DNA of 64,000 nucleotides from Longimicrobiales bacterium (GCA_965249725.1 CBDFMQ010000002.1:2720001-2784000), one strand, 5' to 3'; positions 9,405-19,214 are shown, counted from the first letter of the stretch. The notes: a model not told the origin generated them from the letters alone. Numbers and translations are program-made.

Positions 9405-10318
9405 TCGCCCATCTGAAGGGACGCGAGAAGGCGCTCGAGTCCTTGGGCTGGACGGGACGCAGGGCCGAGTGGATCGCGCTCGTATGCCTGCACAGCGGCG
9501 TGTTCACCCGCGCGCAACTCACCGATGGGCTCCGCATCCACCGCCGCACGGCCCGCCGGTTCGTCCGAGCCATGATGGTTCGGAAGCTCGCGGTAGAGGA
9601 GACGCTGCACGGCCGGAAGGTCTGCCGGATCTTCGCCCGCCCGGTCTACCGGGCGCTCGGTGCCGAGCACATCCGCCATCGCAGGACCGCCTCCGAGGAA
9701 GTGCTCATGCGCCGTCTCCTCTCGCTCGACTACGTGATCGAGCAAACGGGCCTGCCGTGGCTCCCGACCGAGTCCGAAAAGGTAGCCGCGTTCGAGGCGC
9801 TCGGCATCGAGCGCAGCATCCTGCCCGTCCGCGTGTACCGGGGCGCCGCAGGCGAGACGCGGCGCTACTTCCCCCTCAAGCTGCCCGTCGCGCTTGACGG
9901 TCGGGGCGCGGTGTTCGTCTACGCCGATACGGGCCACGAGACCGCCGCGGGGCTCCGCTCCTGGGGCCACGCGCACCGCGGACTCTGGGGCGCGCTCAGG
10001 GAGCGGGGCCGGCCGGTAGAGGCCGTCGCCACCGTGCGCACCCAACCGGAACTTGCACGGGCTCGGAAGGTCCTCGGGCACTGGGCCGAGGCACCGACCG
10101 ATCCGCATCCCGCCGACCCGGCCCGCCGCGAGATCGCCCGGATCGAGCGGTCGATCCGCGACATGGACGACGCGGCGGTCGAGAGGTACGGCGGCCTCCA
10201 GGGCTGCTTGATACGGATCGTCGAACTCGAGGAACTGCTGCGATCCGCCCGCCCCGGAACGGCGATCGACGGGTTCGCCGCATGGCGTTCGAGCCGGCTT
10301 CGCGGGGGCCTGTTTTGA
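9401..10318 (+). CDS. Hypothetical protein, N-terminal winged-helix-like (possible relaxosome accessory)
   Basis: GTG start overlapping virB8 stop; HSGVFTRAQL..L....TARRFV HTH-like pattern. Confidence 0.6.
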   Translation: MIAHLKGREKALESLGWTGRRAEWIALVCLHSGVFTRAQLTDGLRIHRRTARRFVRAMMVRKLAVEETLHGRKVCRIFARPVYRALGAEHIRHRRTASEEVLMRRLLSLDYVIEQTGLPWLPTESEKVAAFEALGIERSILPVRVYRGAAGETRRYFPLKLPVALDGRGAVFVYADTGHETAAGLRSWGHAHRGLWGALRERGRPVEAVATVRTQPELARARKVLGHWAEAPTDPHPADPARREIARIERSIRDMDDAAVERYGGLQGCLIRIVELEELLRSARPGTAIDGFAAWRSSRLRGGLF

Positions 10319-10447
10319 GCGCCGGATCGCCGGGTGCCGGGGACCTGCGGCGAGTGCCCATCCGACATCGGGGGCGTGCGGACACGGAATCGCCCTTCCA
10401 AAGGACACGCCGCCGGTTGTGCATGTCGCTGGACGGCTTGCGGTTGC

Positions 10448-10589
10448 GCCACGGCCACCGGAGCGTGCGTGGCACGCGGGAGCCGGCGACCGTGGCCGGA
10501 GCGACCCCCCTCTTTGGATGCCTGGCGTGGCATCGGGGAGGATCGGCATGGGACACCCCCATGCCGTCCTCCGCGGGGGGTCGCTCCGG
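10448..10589. other. Nested inverted-repeat region, candidate oriT
   Basis: Perfect 15-bp IR CCGGAGCGACCCCCC (10496-10510) / GGGGGGTCGCTCCGG (10575-10589) enclosing two hairpins; further hairpin 10448-10496. Confidence 0.45.
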
Positions 10590-10622
10590 GCCAGCGATCC
10601 CTACGGGAAGGTTGTCGGACCG

Positions 10623-12662
10623 ATGAGGCCCTGGACGCTCGTCCTCATCGGCGTGGCCGTGGTCGCGGTCGCGGTCCGCGCCTTCCTCGAGCCGTTCCCG
10701 GACATCGGCGGGAACTCCGTGCTGGACCTGATCGCCTACCACGATCCGGGCCTGCATGCCGTGATTCGCGTCTGGTACTACGCGGCGCCAGCCGTCGCCT
10801 TGCTGCTCGCCGGCAGCGTCTGCCTCTCGGTCACGAGGGTCTGGCTCGAGCCGCGTACCCGGCGCGGCGCTCGCGGGAAGCTTCCCGCCTGGCCCACCTC
10901 GGCCAGGGACGAGGCGCCCTCGCTCGTGATCGGCGAACTGCATCATCCGACCGTGCCGCGCGAGAGCGAGCGGCCCTCCTGGCTCGTCGTCCCCGAGAAG
11001 GGGCTCTACACCGGCGTCCTCATCGTGGGTGCCGTCGGCACCGGCAAGACCACCGCCTGCATGTATCCGTTCGCCCGCCAGATCCTCTCCTGGCGGGCGG
11101 ACGATCCCGGCCGCAGGGCGGGCGCGCTGGTGCTCGAAGTCAAGGGGGATTTCTGCCACCAGGTCCGCGGCATCCTCGAGGACGCCGGCCGCGGGGACGA
11201 CTACCTCGAGATCGGGCTCGGCGGCTCCTGGCAGTGGAACCCGCTCGACGATCCGCTGCTCGATTCCTACTCGCTCGCCTATGGCGTCGCCTCCCTCATC
11301 AACCAGCTCTTCGGCAAGAGTAGAGAACCGTTCTGGCAACAGGCGTACACGAACCTCGTGCGCTGGATCGTGGAGCTGCACCGGCTCCTGCCGGGGGGCT
11401 GGGTCACGCTCCGGGACATCTACCGCTGCACCGTGGACGCGGAGTTGTTCGCGGGGAAGATCGGCGAGGCCCGCGAGATGGCCGACAGGATCTCTCCGGT
11501 GGACGCCGTCATCTCCAGCGACGACATGATCGCCCATGCGGAGGCGCTCAAGAAGTGGGACTGGGCGCCGGTGCCCGGCACTGAACAGGTGCGCTGCCGG
11601 ATGGACGCGGAGCTTCGGGCGCAGCTCGCGAAGCACGAAGTCGCATGCGAAGTGGAAGCGGCCGGGGGAGGCGCGGGCGGCGAGTTCAGGCAGCAGGTCG
11701 AGGCCATCGAGCGGTGGTACCTGCACGACTGGACGGTGCTCGACGCCAAGCTCCGCACCTCGATCGTCGAGGGCATCAGCGTCTTCCTCTCGCTGTTCGA
11801 CGAGCCGCAGGTCGCCGGCGTGTTCTGCCCGCCGCCACCGGCTGAGGAGGAGCCGCCGGCTGAAGCTACGCCGGACGAGAGCGACGACACCGAAGGCGCT
11901 GGCTATCCCGTGCCGGGGCTCCGGCGCCGACTGCCGCCGCTCGCCGATCTGATCGAAGACGGCAAGGTCCTCGCGCTCAACATGCCCGCTGGCGCGAACC
12001 CCGCGCTCGCCCGCGCCATCGGCGTGCTGCTCAAGAACGCGTGGATGCAGGCGCTGCTCCGGCGGCCCGCCGAGGCCGCGCGCCGGCCCGAACGCTACCT
12101 GCGGCCCGCCGTGTTCATCTGCGACGAATACCAGGCGTTCGCCACCGTCGGGCAGGACAACCCTTCGGGCGACGAGAAGGCGTTCGCGCTCACGCGCCAG
12201 TGCCGCTGCATACCGATCGTCGCCACGCAGTCGATCTCCTCGCTCCGCTCCGTGCTGCCCTCGGGCGAGGCTTGGCGCACGCTCGTCCAGACGCTCCGCA
12301 CCCGGATCTTCCTGTCGCTCTCCGATGAGGCGTCGGCGCGGGTCGCGTCCGAGATGTGCGGCACCGTCATGAAGACGCAGGCCTCCTACACGTTCACCGA
12401 GAACACGGGCCGGCCCGAGTTCTCGCTCCTCTCCGGACGCGCCGGAGGCGGACGCGGCACGATCGGCGCGAGCAAGTCGTTCCGCCAATCGAGGGAGCCG
12501 GTGTTCACGCCCCGCGAGTTCTCGCTGCTCGCCAACTACCAGGCGATCTGCCTGCCGTATGACGGGGTCGTGTCGCTCCCCGCGCGGCGCGTCTACCTCA
12601 AGCCCCACTACTTGCCGAAGGAGACCGGCTACTGGCGGCTCCGCGAGGAGGGCCGGATATGA
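10623..12662 (+). CDS. virD4: VirD4/TraD-like type IV coupling protein
   Basis: Two N-terminal TMs, Walker A GAVGTGKT, Walker B FICDEYQ, IVATQSISSL. Confidence 0.85.
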   Translation: MRPWTLVLIGVAVVAVAVRAFLEPFPDIGGNSVLDLIAYHDPGLHAVIRVWYYAAPAVALLLAGSVCLSVTRVWLEPRTRRGARGKLPAWPTSARDEAPSLVIGELHHPTVPRESERPSWLVVPEKGLYTGVLIVGAVGTGKTTACMYPFARQILSWRADDPGRRAGALVLEVKGDFCHQVRGILEDAGRGDDYLEIGLGGSWQWNPLDDPLLDSYSLAYGVASLINQLFGKSREPFWQQAYTNLVRWIVELHRLLPGGWVTLRDIYRCTVDAELFAGKIGEAREMADRISPVDAVISSDDMIAHAEALKKWDWAPVPGTEQVRCRMDAELRAQLAKHEVACEVEAAGGGAGGEFRQQVEAIERWYLHDWTVLDAKLRTSIVEGISVFLSLFDEPQVAGVFCPPPPAEEEPPAEATPDESDDTEGAGYPVPGLRRRLPPLADLIEDGKVLALNMPAGANPALARAIGVLLKNAWMQALLRRPAEAARRPERYLRPAVFICDEYQAFATVGQDNPSGDEKAFALTRQCRCIPIVATQSISSLRSVLPSGEAWRTLVQTLRTRIFLSLSDEASARVASEMCGTVMKTQASYTFTENTGRPEFSLLSGRAGGGRGTIGASKSFRQSREPVFTPREFSLLANYQAICLPYDGVVSLPARRVYLKPHYLPKETGYWRLREEGRI

Positions 12663-13669
12663 AGCGCGCGAGCGGCGTCGGCCACCTCACTCCGTTCCTC
12701 CCGGGCCTTGGAGCCCTGCTCGATGACCCGGAGGTCTCCGAGATCATGATCAACGGACCCGGCAACGTCTGGGTCGAGCGAGGGGGCCGCCTCGAGCCCC
12801 ACGAGGCGCCCGGGCTCACCGCCGCCTGGCTCCACCGCGCCGCGATCCACATCGCCCGGCCGCTCGGGCTCGATCCCGCCGCGAGGCCCATCCTCGACGC
12901 CCGGCTCAGCGACGGATCCCGGGTCGCCATCTGCACCCCGCCCGCGGCGCCCGAGGTCGCCATCACCATCCGCCGGTTCGGGGGCCGGGCGTTCTCGCCC
13001 GAGGACTTGGTGCGCATGGGCTCGCTGCCGGAGGCGGTCCTCCGGTCCGCCCGCACCACGCTTGCGTCCCGCAGGAACATCCTCGTCTCCGGGGGAACCG
13101 GCTCGGGCAAGACCACTCTGCTGAACGCGCTGATCGAACTGCTGCCCGAGGACGAGCGGATCGTCGCCATCGAGGACACGCTCGAACTCAGGATCGACCG
13201 CGCGAACTGCGTCCGCTTCGAGGCCGGGGCCATCGGCTCGGAAGCACCCGTATCGATCCGCGACCTGGTGCGGCACGCGCTCCGCCACCGCCCCGACCAC
13301 ATCGTCGTCGGCGAGGTCAGGGGCGCCGAGGCCGCCGACCTGCTCCAGGCGCTCAACACCGGGCACGGCGGATCGCTCACGACCGTGCACGCGAACAACG
13401 CGCGCTCCGCGCTCTCGCGCCTGGCGAGCTGCGCCATGCAGGCCGAGGGCGCGCTTCCCTGGGAGGTCACCTGCCGGGGCGTGGTCGACGGCATCTCGCT
13501 CGTGCTCCACATCACCCGGCAACGAGGCAGACGGTTCGTCGAGGAGGCCATCCAAGTCCAGGGCTACGACGCGGCCACCGGCCGCTGGATCACCGAACCG
13601 ATATCGGGCGGGGCGGCGAAGCCCCGGAAGAAGGAACAGACCCACACACCGAAGGAGGTGAACGCATGA
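12659..13669 (+). CDS. virB11: VirB11/CpaF-family ATPase
   Basis: EIMING, GGTGSGKTT, IEDTLEL, RHRPDHIVVGEVRG, NTGHGG..TTVHA. Confidence 0.9.
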   Translation: MKRASGVGHLTPFLPGLGALLDDPEVSEIMINGPGNVWVERGGRLEPHEAPGLTAAWLHRAAIHIARPLGLDPAARPILDARLSDGSRVAICTPPAAPEVAITIRRFGGRAFSPEDLVRMGSLPEAVLRSARTTLASRRNILVSGGTGSGKTTLLNALIELLPEDERIVAIEDTLELRIDRANCVRFEAGAIGSEAPVSIRDLVRHALRHRPDHIVVGEVRGAEAADLLQALNTGHGGSLTTVHANNARSALSRLASCAMQAEGALPWEVTCRGVVDGISLVLHITRQRGRRFVEEAIQVQGYDAATGRWITEPISGGAAKPRKKEQTHTPKEVNA

Positions 13670-13863
13670 CGGGCAACGACAGCACCATCCGCGTCGAGAC
13701 GTTCGAGGACTTCGACCGCGAGCTCGCGCGCGACGGCCGCGAGACGCTCGAGGTCCCGGCCTACCTGGCCGAGCAGTACGGCCTCTTCCGCGAGGAGGTC
13801 GGGAGCGAGGAAGACATCTTGGGCGCCGGCGGCGATCCGCACGGGGAGGTGGTGGACCGATGA
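13666..13863 (+). CDS. Small acidic hypothetical protein
   Basis: RBS AAGGAGGT; ATGA overlaps at both ends. Confidence 0.6.
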   Translation: MTGNDSTIRVETFEDFDRELARDGRETLEVPAYLAEQYGLFREEVGSEEDILGAGGDPHGEVVDR

Positions 13864-14888
13864 AGCACGACGAATACCACCGCAAGTTCGCCGACCGGGT
13901 CATCGAGCAGATCCGGCAGGGCACCGCGCCCTGGCAGAAGCCCTGGGCGCCGGGCGAGCGCGTGCTCCCCGCCAACGTGGACACCGACCGCTCCTATCGT
14001 GGCGGCAACAGCCTGCACCTCGCCGCCGTCCAGCAGGAGCGCGGCTATGGCGACGTGCGCTGGGGCACCTACCGCCAGATCCAGGCCCGGGGCGGACAGG
14101 TCAGGAAGGGCGAGACCGGCACCCGCATCCTCTCTTTTCAGGATCACAAGCGGACCCAAGTCACCGACGAGCGCGGACGGCCCAGGAGGGACGCCGAGGG
14201 CAAGCGCGTCTACCGCTACGAACGCCTCGAGGCGCCGTTCGTGCGCCAGTACACCGTGTTCAACGCCGAGCAGGCCGACGGGCTGCCCGCGCGGTCCACC
14301 CCGACGCCCGAGCCGCTCTGGAAGACCCACCAGGAGGCCGAACGGGTGCTCGAGGACAGCGGGGTCCCCGTCCGTCACGTGGCCGGCGACCGCGCCTTCT
14401 ACCACCTGAACCGCGACGAGATCATCCTCCCCGAACGGGTGCAGTTCCCCTCGGCCAACCACTACTACCAGACGGCGCTCCACGAGCTGGGGCACAGCAC
14501 CGGCCACCCGGAGCGGATGAACCGCGAGACGCTCGTCGAAGGGATCAAGACCGGGTTCGGCTCGCCCGACTACGCGAAGGAGGAACTGAGGGCCGAGATC
14601 AGCGCCATGATGACGGGCGAGCGCGTCGGCGTCGGGCACGACCCGAGCCGGGGCGCCGCCTACGTCGAGGGCTGGATCGCCGCGCTCGAGGAGGATCCCC
14701 GCGAGATCCGGCGCGCCGCGGCCGACGCGCAGAGGATCTCCGACTTCGTGCTCGTTCGGCACATCGAGCGCGAGGCCGCACGGGATCCCGTGGCCGTGGC
14801 CGCGTCCCGCACGCCCGGACCTCAGCGGACCCAAGTACCCGTGCCGCCGCTCCCGACGCCCGAACGCAGCTCCGGGCCGAGCCGCTGA
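13860..14888 (+). CDS. ardC: ArdC-family antirestriction protein (ssDNA-binding N domain + zincin-like MPTase domain)
   Basis: APWQKPW, YRGGN, WGTYRQIQ..GGQVRKGE, YTVFNAEQ, HELGHSTGH, YAKEELRAE. Confidence 0.9.
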   Translation: MKHDEYHRKFADRVIEQIRQGTAPWQKPWAPGERVLPANVDTDRSYRGGNSLHLAAVQQERGYGDVRWGTYRQIQARGGQVRKGETGTRILSFQDHKRTQVTDERGRPRRDAEGKRVYRYERLEAPFVRQYTVFNAEQADGLPARSTPTPEPLWKTHQEAERVLEDSGVPVRHVAGDRAFYHLNRDEIILPERVQFPSANHYYQTALHELGHSTGHPERMNRETLVEGIKTGFGSPDYAKEELRAEISAMMTGERVGVGHDPSRGAAYVEGWIAALEEDPREIRRAAADAQRISDFVLVRHIEREAARDPVAVAASRTPGPQRTQVPVPPLPTPERSSGPSR

Positions 14889-14894
14889 GGACCG

Positions 14895-15794
14895 ATGAGA
14901 GGTAGGGAGATGTTCGACCGCACGGTCGAGGAGGACCCCCGTTCCGCCGCGCCACCCAGCCGCGAGAAGCATCACATGCGAAACGGCCATCGTCGAGAAT
15001 ACGCCGCGAGCCGGGACGGCGGGTCCATCTCCTTCACCGAACGGTGCGCCCGCGGACTTGCCGACATCGGCGTCTACGGCGCCGTCTCCTACCGCGACCT
15101 CGCCGAAGCCCGCTTCGGCGGCCATCCCCACACCACCCGGCGGGCCGTGAACGCCTGGATCCGGGAAGGGATCGTCGCGGAGACCCGGGCCACCGGACCC
15201 GGGGGCAACCCGTTCAAGATCCTGACCCTTACGCGCAAAGGCGTGGCCGACGCCCGCGAGCGGGCCGCCGAATGGGGGATGGATCCCGGCCAGGAAATGC
15301 GGTACGCACACACCCGGCCCGCCCAAGCCGCGCACGACACCGCCGTCTATCGCGCTTGCAGGGAGGAGCAGCAACGCCTCCACGCAGAGGGCGCCACCGT
15401 GCGGCGCATCCGCCTCGACGCCGAACTCAAGAGCGCCGTCGCGCGCGGGAGCGAGGCCGCGCGGAAGAAGGACGGGAAGCGGGCCGCCGACGCCGAACGG
15501 CACAGGATCGCCCGCGAGCTCGGCCTCCCCCTCGACGACGAGGGCCGCGTGCTCCACCCGGATGCGCAGATCGAGTACACCGATGCCGAAGGCCGGACCG
15601 GCCGCGTCAACATCGAGGCCGTCTCCGGCAACTACCGCGAACCGGCAGTCCGCGCCAAGGCCGCCGCCGGGTTCGCGCTCCACGCCAACGGGCCGGCGGC
15701 CGGGAAACTCCTCGGCAAGCTCGGCCTGGGCGGCGACGGCGGATCCTGGCTGCGCGGACCGGCCGACCGCGACCCGACCGCCGTCGAACTCTGA
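14895..15794 (+). CDS. wHTH + PD-(D/E)XK-like protein; candidate Replic_Relax/MOB_C-type relaxase
   Basis: N-terminal wHTH-like region (LTLTRKG wing), HD, then HPDAQIEY...VNIEAVSGNY...K. Confidence 0.5.
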   Translation: MRGREMFDRTVEEDPRSAAPPSREKHHMRNGHRREYAASRDGGSISFTERCARGLADIGVYGAVSYRDLAEARFGGHPHTTRRAVNAWIREGIVAETRATGPGGNPFKILTLTRKGVADARERAAEWGMDPGQEMRYAHTRPAQAAHDTAVYRACREEQQRLHAEGATVRRIRLDAELKSAVARGSEAARKKDGKRAADAERHRIARELGLPLDDEGRVLHPDAQIEYTDAEGRTGRVNIEAVSGNYREPAVRAKAAAGFALHANGPAAGKLLGKLGLGGDGGSWLRGPADRDPTAVEL

Positions 15795-15815
15795 CGACCC
15801 GGAGGACTTTAGCCC

Positions 15816-16130
15816 ATGCAGCCTTGGAAGATCAGCGCGGGACTCACCGCCGCAATCGCCGGGACCACCTTCCTCCTCGGCGGCTCCCGCCTCGAATACT
15901 TGTCGCCGTTCTGGCCGGTCATCCTCGCCGATCACGGCGTCCTGCTCTCCCTCCACCTCGCGTTCGCGCTCGCAACCGTCGCGGCCGCCATCTACGCCGT
16001 CGCGCGCGCCACCGGGCTCGCCGACCTCGGGCGCCGCGTCGATCTCGCCGAACGGTCCGTGCGGCGCGGCCAGGGGGATACGGGCCTCACCGAAGCGCTC
16101 CGCAGGGACGCCGAAGGCGACTGGGACTGA
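15816..16130 (+). CDS. Small membrane protein
   Basis: RBS GGAGG; two hydrophobic segments. Confidence 0.65.
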   Translation: MQPWKISAGLTAAIAGTTFLLGGSRLEYLSPFWPVILADHGVLLSLHLAFALATVAAAIYAVARATGLADLGRRVDLAERSVRRGQGDTGLTEALRRDAEGDWD

Positions 16131-16136
16131 ACGCGC

Positions 16137-16526
16137 ATGAGTGACCGAACGTCCGTCGAGACACTGCCCGCCAACTGGCGCAGGCACGCCAAGGCGCTCC
16201 GGCGCTACGGGGGCGAAACTCCGGCCACCGCGCTCGAAAGCTGCGCCGCCGAACTCGAAGCCACGCTCGTCGAGAGGGACGAGACCACCTTCTCGCTGGT
16301 CGAGGCCGCCCATGAGAGCGGCTACTCCTCCGACCACCTCGGGCGCTTGGTGCGAGACGGCAAGATCCCCAACGCCGGAAGGCCCGGCGCGCCCAAGATC
16401 GCCCGCAGCCACCTGCCACGGAAGGCACAAGCACCAGCCGAGCCGCCACTGGCGGAGCAGTCACGCCGACGCGACGTTTCAAACGTGCAGATCGTGCAGT
16501 CCATCATCGAAAAAGGAATCGAATGA
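16137..16526 (+). CDS. Excisionase-like HTH protein
   Basis: FSLVEAAHESGYSSDHLGRLVRDGKIP (HTH_17-like), directly upstream of and overlapping the integrase. Confidence 0.7.
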   Translation: MSDRTSVETLPANWRRHAKALRRYGGETPATALESCAAELEATLVERDETTFSLVEAAHESGYSSDHLGRLVRDGKIPNAGRPGAPKIARSHLPRKAQAPAEPPLAEQSRRRDVSNVQIVQSIIEKGIE

Positions 16527-17686
16527 TGGCACGCACGAAACGAAGCCAGCGCAGCTACGCCGCTGGCGAATGGGGCCGGAACCGGGTGAGGGTCTTTCCC
16601 GATCCCAAGACCGGCTTGTTCCAGATCGAGTGGCGCGACAACGGGCGCAGGCTGAGCAGGTCGCTGAAGCACCGCGACTGGAGGCAGGCGAGGAGGCAGG
16701 CGGACGAGTTCGCCGCAGGATTCGCCGGGCCGGAGCTGAACGGCAAGAAGAACGCCGAGCCCGAGCCGCTCACGCTGAAGACGCTTTTTGACATCTACGG
16801 TGAAGAGGTGACGCCCACCAAGCGTGGGCAGTCGCGGCTGCACGACAGGGCCGCGATGAGGATGTTCCTCGGGTGCTTCGGCAGGGACCGGAAGCCCGCA
16901 ACGCTCTCCCAGCGCGACTGGGACCGGTTCATCCGGGAGCGGCGGGCGGGCAGGGTTGGCCCGAGCGGCAAACCCGTGTCCGACCGGATGATCGAACGGG
17001 ACCTGAAGTTCCTGCTCGCGGTCCTCAACTGGGCCGTGAAGTCGAGGGACGAGCGGGGTGAACTGCTCCTCGGCTCGAACCCGCTCAAGGGCCTGAAGAC
17101 GCCCACGGAGAAGAACCCGACACGGGTGATGCTTACCGAGGAAGAATACGGGGTCCTGCTCCACGTGTCTCTGGAGATGGACTGGCGCTTTCACGTTGCT
17201 CTGGTCCTCGCCCACGAGACAGGACACCGCATCGGCGCCATCCGTCAGCTTCAATGGTCGGACATCGACCTTGAATGCGGAGTGGTGCGGTGGCGCGCAG
17301 AGCACGACAAGTCGGGCTACGAGCACCGGACGCCGGTCACCACCGAGGCGCTCGCCGCCTTGGAGGAGGCGCGAAAGAGGAACCCCGTGACCGGACACAC
17401 TCTCGTGCTGCCCTCGCCGCAGGATCCGTCGAGGTGCGTGGGCTCCTGTCAGGCGCGCGGCTGGTGGCAAAAAGCGGAGCGGCTCGCGGGGCTTGAACCT
17501 AAGCGTGGGAGGGGCTGGCACTCCCTGAGACGGAAGTTCGCCTCCGACCTCATGGACCAGCCGCTCAAGGTGCTCTGCGAACTCGGCGGCTGGAAGGAGG
17601 CCAAGACGGTGCTGCACTGCTACCAGCGGGCCGACGAGGCACAGCTCAGGAAGGCTCTGGAGAGCCGACGCAGAGTTCGCGCCTGA
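16523..17686 (+). CDS. Tyrosine recombinase/integrase
   Basis: Catalytic set: ETGHRIG (R), K, HSLRR (HxxR), LGGW, HCY (Y). Confidence 0.92.
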   Translation: MMARTKRSQRSYAAGEWGRNRVRVFPDPKTGLFQIEWRDNGRRLSRSLKHRDWRQARRQADEFAAGFAGPELNGKKNAEPEPLTLKTLFDIYGEEVTPTKRGQSRLHDRAAMRMFLGCFGRDRKPATLSQRDWDRFIRERRAGRVGPSGKPVSDRMIERDLKFLLAVLNWAVKSRDERGELLLGSNPLKGLKTPTEKNPTRVMLTEEEYGVLLHVSLEMDWRFHVALVLAHETGHRIGAIRQLQWSDIDLECGVVRWRAEHDKSGYEHRTPVTTEALAALEEARKRNPVTGHTLVLPSPQDPSRCVGSCQARGWWQKAERLAGLEPKRGRGWHSLRRKFASDLMDQPLKVLCELGGWKEAKTVLHCYQRADEAQLRKALESRRRVRA

Positions 17687-17690
17687 GGCC

Positions 17691-17718
17691 AATCAGCGGG
17701 AATCAATCGGCGGGAATC
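17691..17718. repeat. 14-bp tandem direct repeat, candidate integrase arm-binding sites
   Basis: AATCAGCGGGAATC / AATCGGCGGGAATC immediately after the int stop. Confidence 0.55.
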
Positions 17719-17739
17719 CGGTCCGGTATGCCCGTAAGT

Positions 17740-18411
17740 TCAATTACCCCAATCAGATACGAATCTGTCTACTTCTACCGCCTCGGCCTTGTGCGCAGCC
17801 TCCACCACGATGTCGCAGCCCGAGTTCCCTCCACCCACGACCAGAACCCGCTTACCAAGCAGGATCTCGGAGACCTTGTAGTCCGCTGAGTGCATCACCT
17901 CGCCATCGAAGGTCCCGGGATACTCGGGCACGATGGGGTCACGGTTGTGTCCGTTGGCAATGACGAGTGCGCCATAGAGACGGCCCTCCCCACCAGCCAA
18001 CGTGACCTCCCAACACGGGTCCCCGGTCGGTCCAGTCGACGAAGCCGGTTCCACGCGCTCCACCTCCGCCCCGTACTCGATGAGGGGCCCGAGCTCGAAG
18101 TGTTCTGCGTAGCCTCTCAGATAGGCGAGGATCTCCGTGTGGTGTGGGTAGTCCGCATACGCATCCGGCATGGGATAGTCCGGAAACTCGGTCCCGGGCT
18201 TCGACGAGATGGTGTGTGTCGATCGGTAGACACGCGCCACCGGCAACGGGTAGTTCCAGTTCCCGCCGAGGTCGTCGCATGCCTCGAGGATATCGACCTC
18301 GAGGCCGACCTCGCGGAGGTTGCGGGCTGCGGCGAGCCCGGAGCTCCCGGCTCCGATCACACAGACTCGGTCGCTTCTGTCCGAGAATTCTCCACTTGGT
18401 GACATGGGCAT
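17740..18411 (-). pseudogene. Flavin-containing monooxygenase, C-terminally truncated at element boundary
   Basis: GAGSSG FAD motif, F.GEVMHSADYK FMO fingerprint, GGGNSGCD NADPH motif; ends about 20 aa after the latter (223 aa). Confidence 0.75.
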
Positions 18412-18449
18412 ATCTTACTCGTTGGACACTCCTCCGCCACCGCTCCGAC

Positions 18450-18545
18450 TCGCTATCGGCCCTGTTCGCAGAACACGAGGAGAGCGGGGTGGTGCGGATG
18501 ACGTACGAAACGAATGTCTACTACGGTCGTCTGGAGTTGGACTGA
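18450..18545 (+). pseudogene. Possible C-terminal remnant of a class I SAM methyltransferase
   Basis: LSALFAEHEESGVVRMTYETNVYYGRL resembles methyltransferase C-termini; no upstream body. Confidence 0.3.
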
Positions 18546-18596
18546 CGCCTCGACGATACGATCACGCCAGGATTGGTGAGCAACCTACCGCCGCGG

Positions 18597-19214
18597 TCAC
18601 TCCACCGGTTGGCGGTTCCCTCGACGACCCGCGTAGGGAAGACCGGGCTTGCCGAGGTGGGCTCTCACTTCGGCCTCGGCGGAGAACGGCTCGCCGGACC
18701 AACCCTCAAACCTCCCCTGGAGATCGAACGCGTCGGACTCCAACGGGATGGTCATGTAGTTGAACCGGTTCTGCATGAGGGGGGTCACGTAGCGACGCGC
18801 GAACTCGAAGATTCCCAACTCGTCGTACTGCACCAGATGGACCATCTCGTGGAACACGACCGAGTGAGAGGGCGGCCAGGGCACCTGATCATCACTCACG
18901 AGAATGACGTCGCCGAAGGTGATGGCGGCCCAGACGCTGAAGTCGAGCGGAATCGACTGACCCGACTCCTCGAACTCTCGGTAGAAGGGCGGATTCTCGA
19001 TCACGGGCACCCTGCGGATGCGGGCTCTATCCAGCGTTTCATCGCTGAAGAACCCCCTGAGAGCCGCCGTAGTCGTGTCCGGCAGGGGCTCTGAATGAGC
19101 TCGATGCAGATCACGCTGATTCGAAATCCAGTGCCCGGCGTTGTCCGCCAGGAACGAAACCAGCTCCTGCATGTTCAGTTTTTTCGGGTCCGTCAACGGG
19201 ATATCCCCGGTCAT
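18597..19214 (-). CDS. HExxH zincin-like protein (DUF4157-like)
   Basis: AAITFGDVI, VFHEMVHLVQY, PLESDAF. Confidence 0.65.
   Translation of the reverse strand: MTGDIPLTDPKKLNMQELVSFLADNAGHWISNQRDLHRAHSEPLPDTTTAALRGFFSDETLDRARIRRVPVIENPPFYREFEESGQSIPLDFSVWAAITFGDVILVSDDQVPWPPSHSVVFHEMVHLVQYDELGIFEFARRYVTPLMQNRFNYMTIPLESDAFDLQGRFEGWSGEPFSAEAEVRAHLGKPGLPYAGRRGNRQPVE

Larger units (their letters stand above)
1..17775. mobile_element. Integrative conjugative-type element (left end outside window; probably partly decayed)
   Basis: T4SS genes, coupling protein, ArdC, xis and a terminal tyrosine integrase; visibly higher GC than flanking DNA; right edge coincides with a truncated FMO gene. Confidence 0.8.

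Noticed and set aside
6847..16430. Very long minus-strand ORFs (702, 870, 889 aa)
   Set aside because: Antisense to recognisable tra genes; stop-poor high-GC artefacts
17687..17790. tRNA at the integrase end
   Set aside because: No cloverleaf or GTTCGA..CCA remnant seen on either strand
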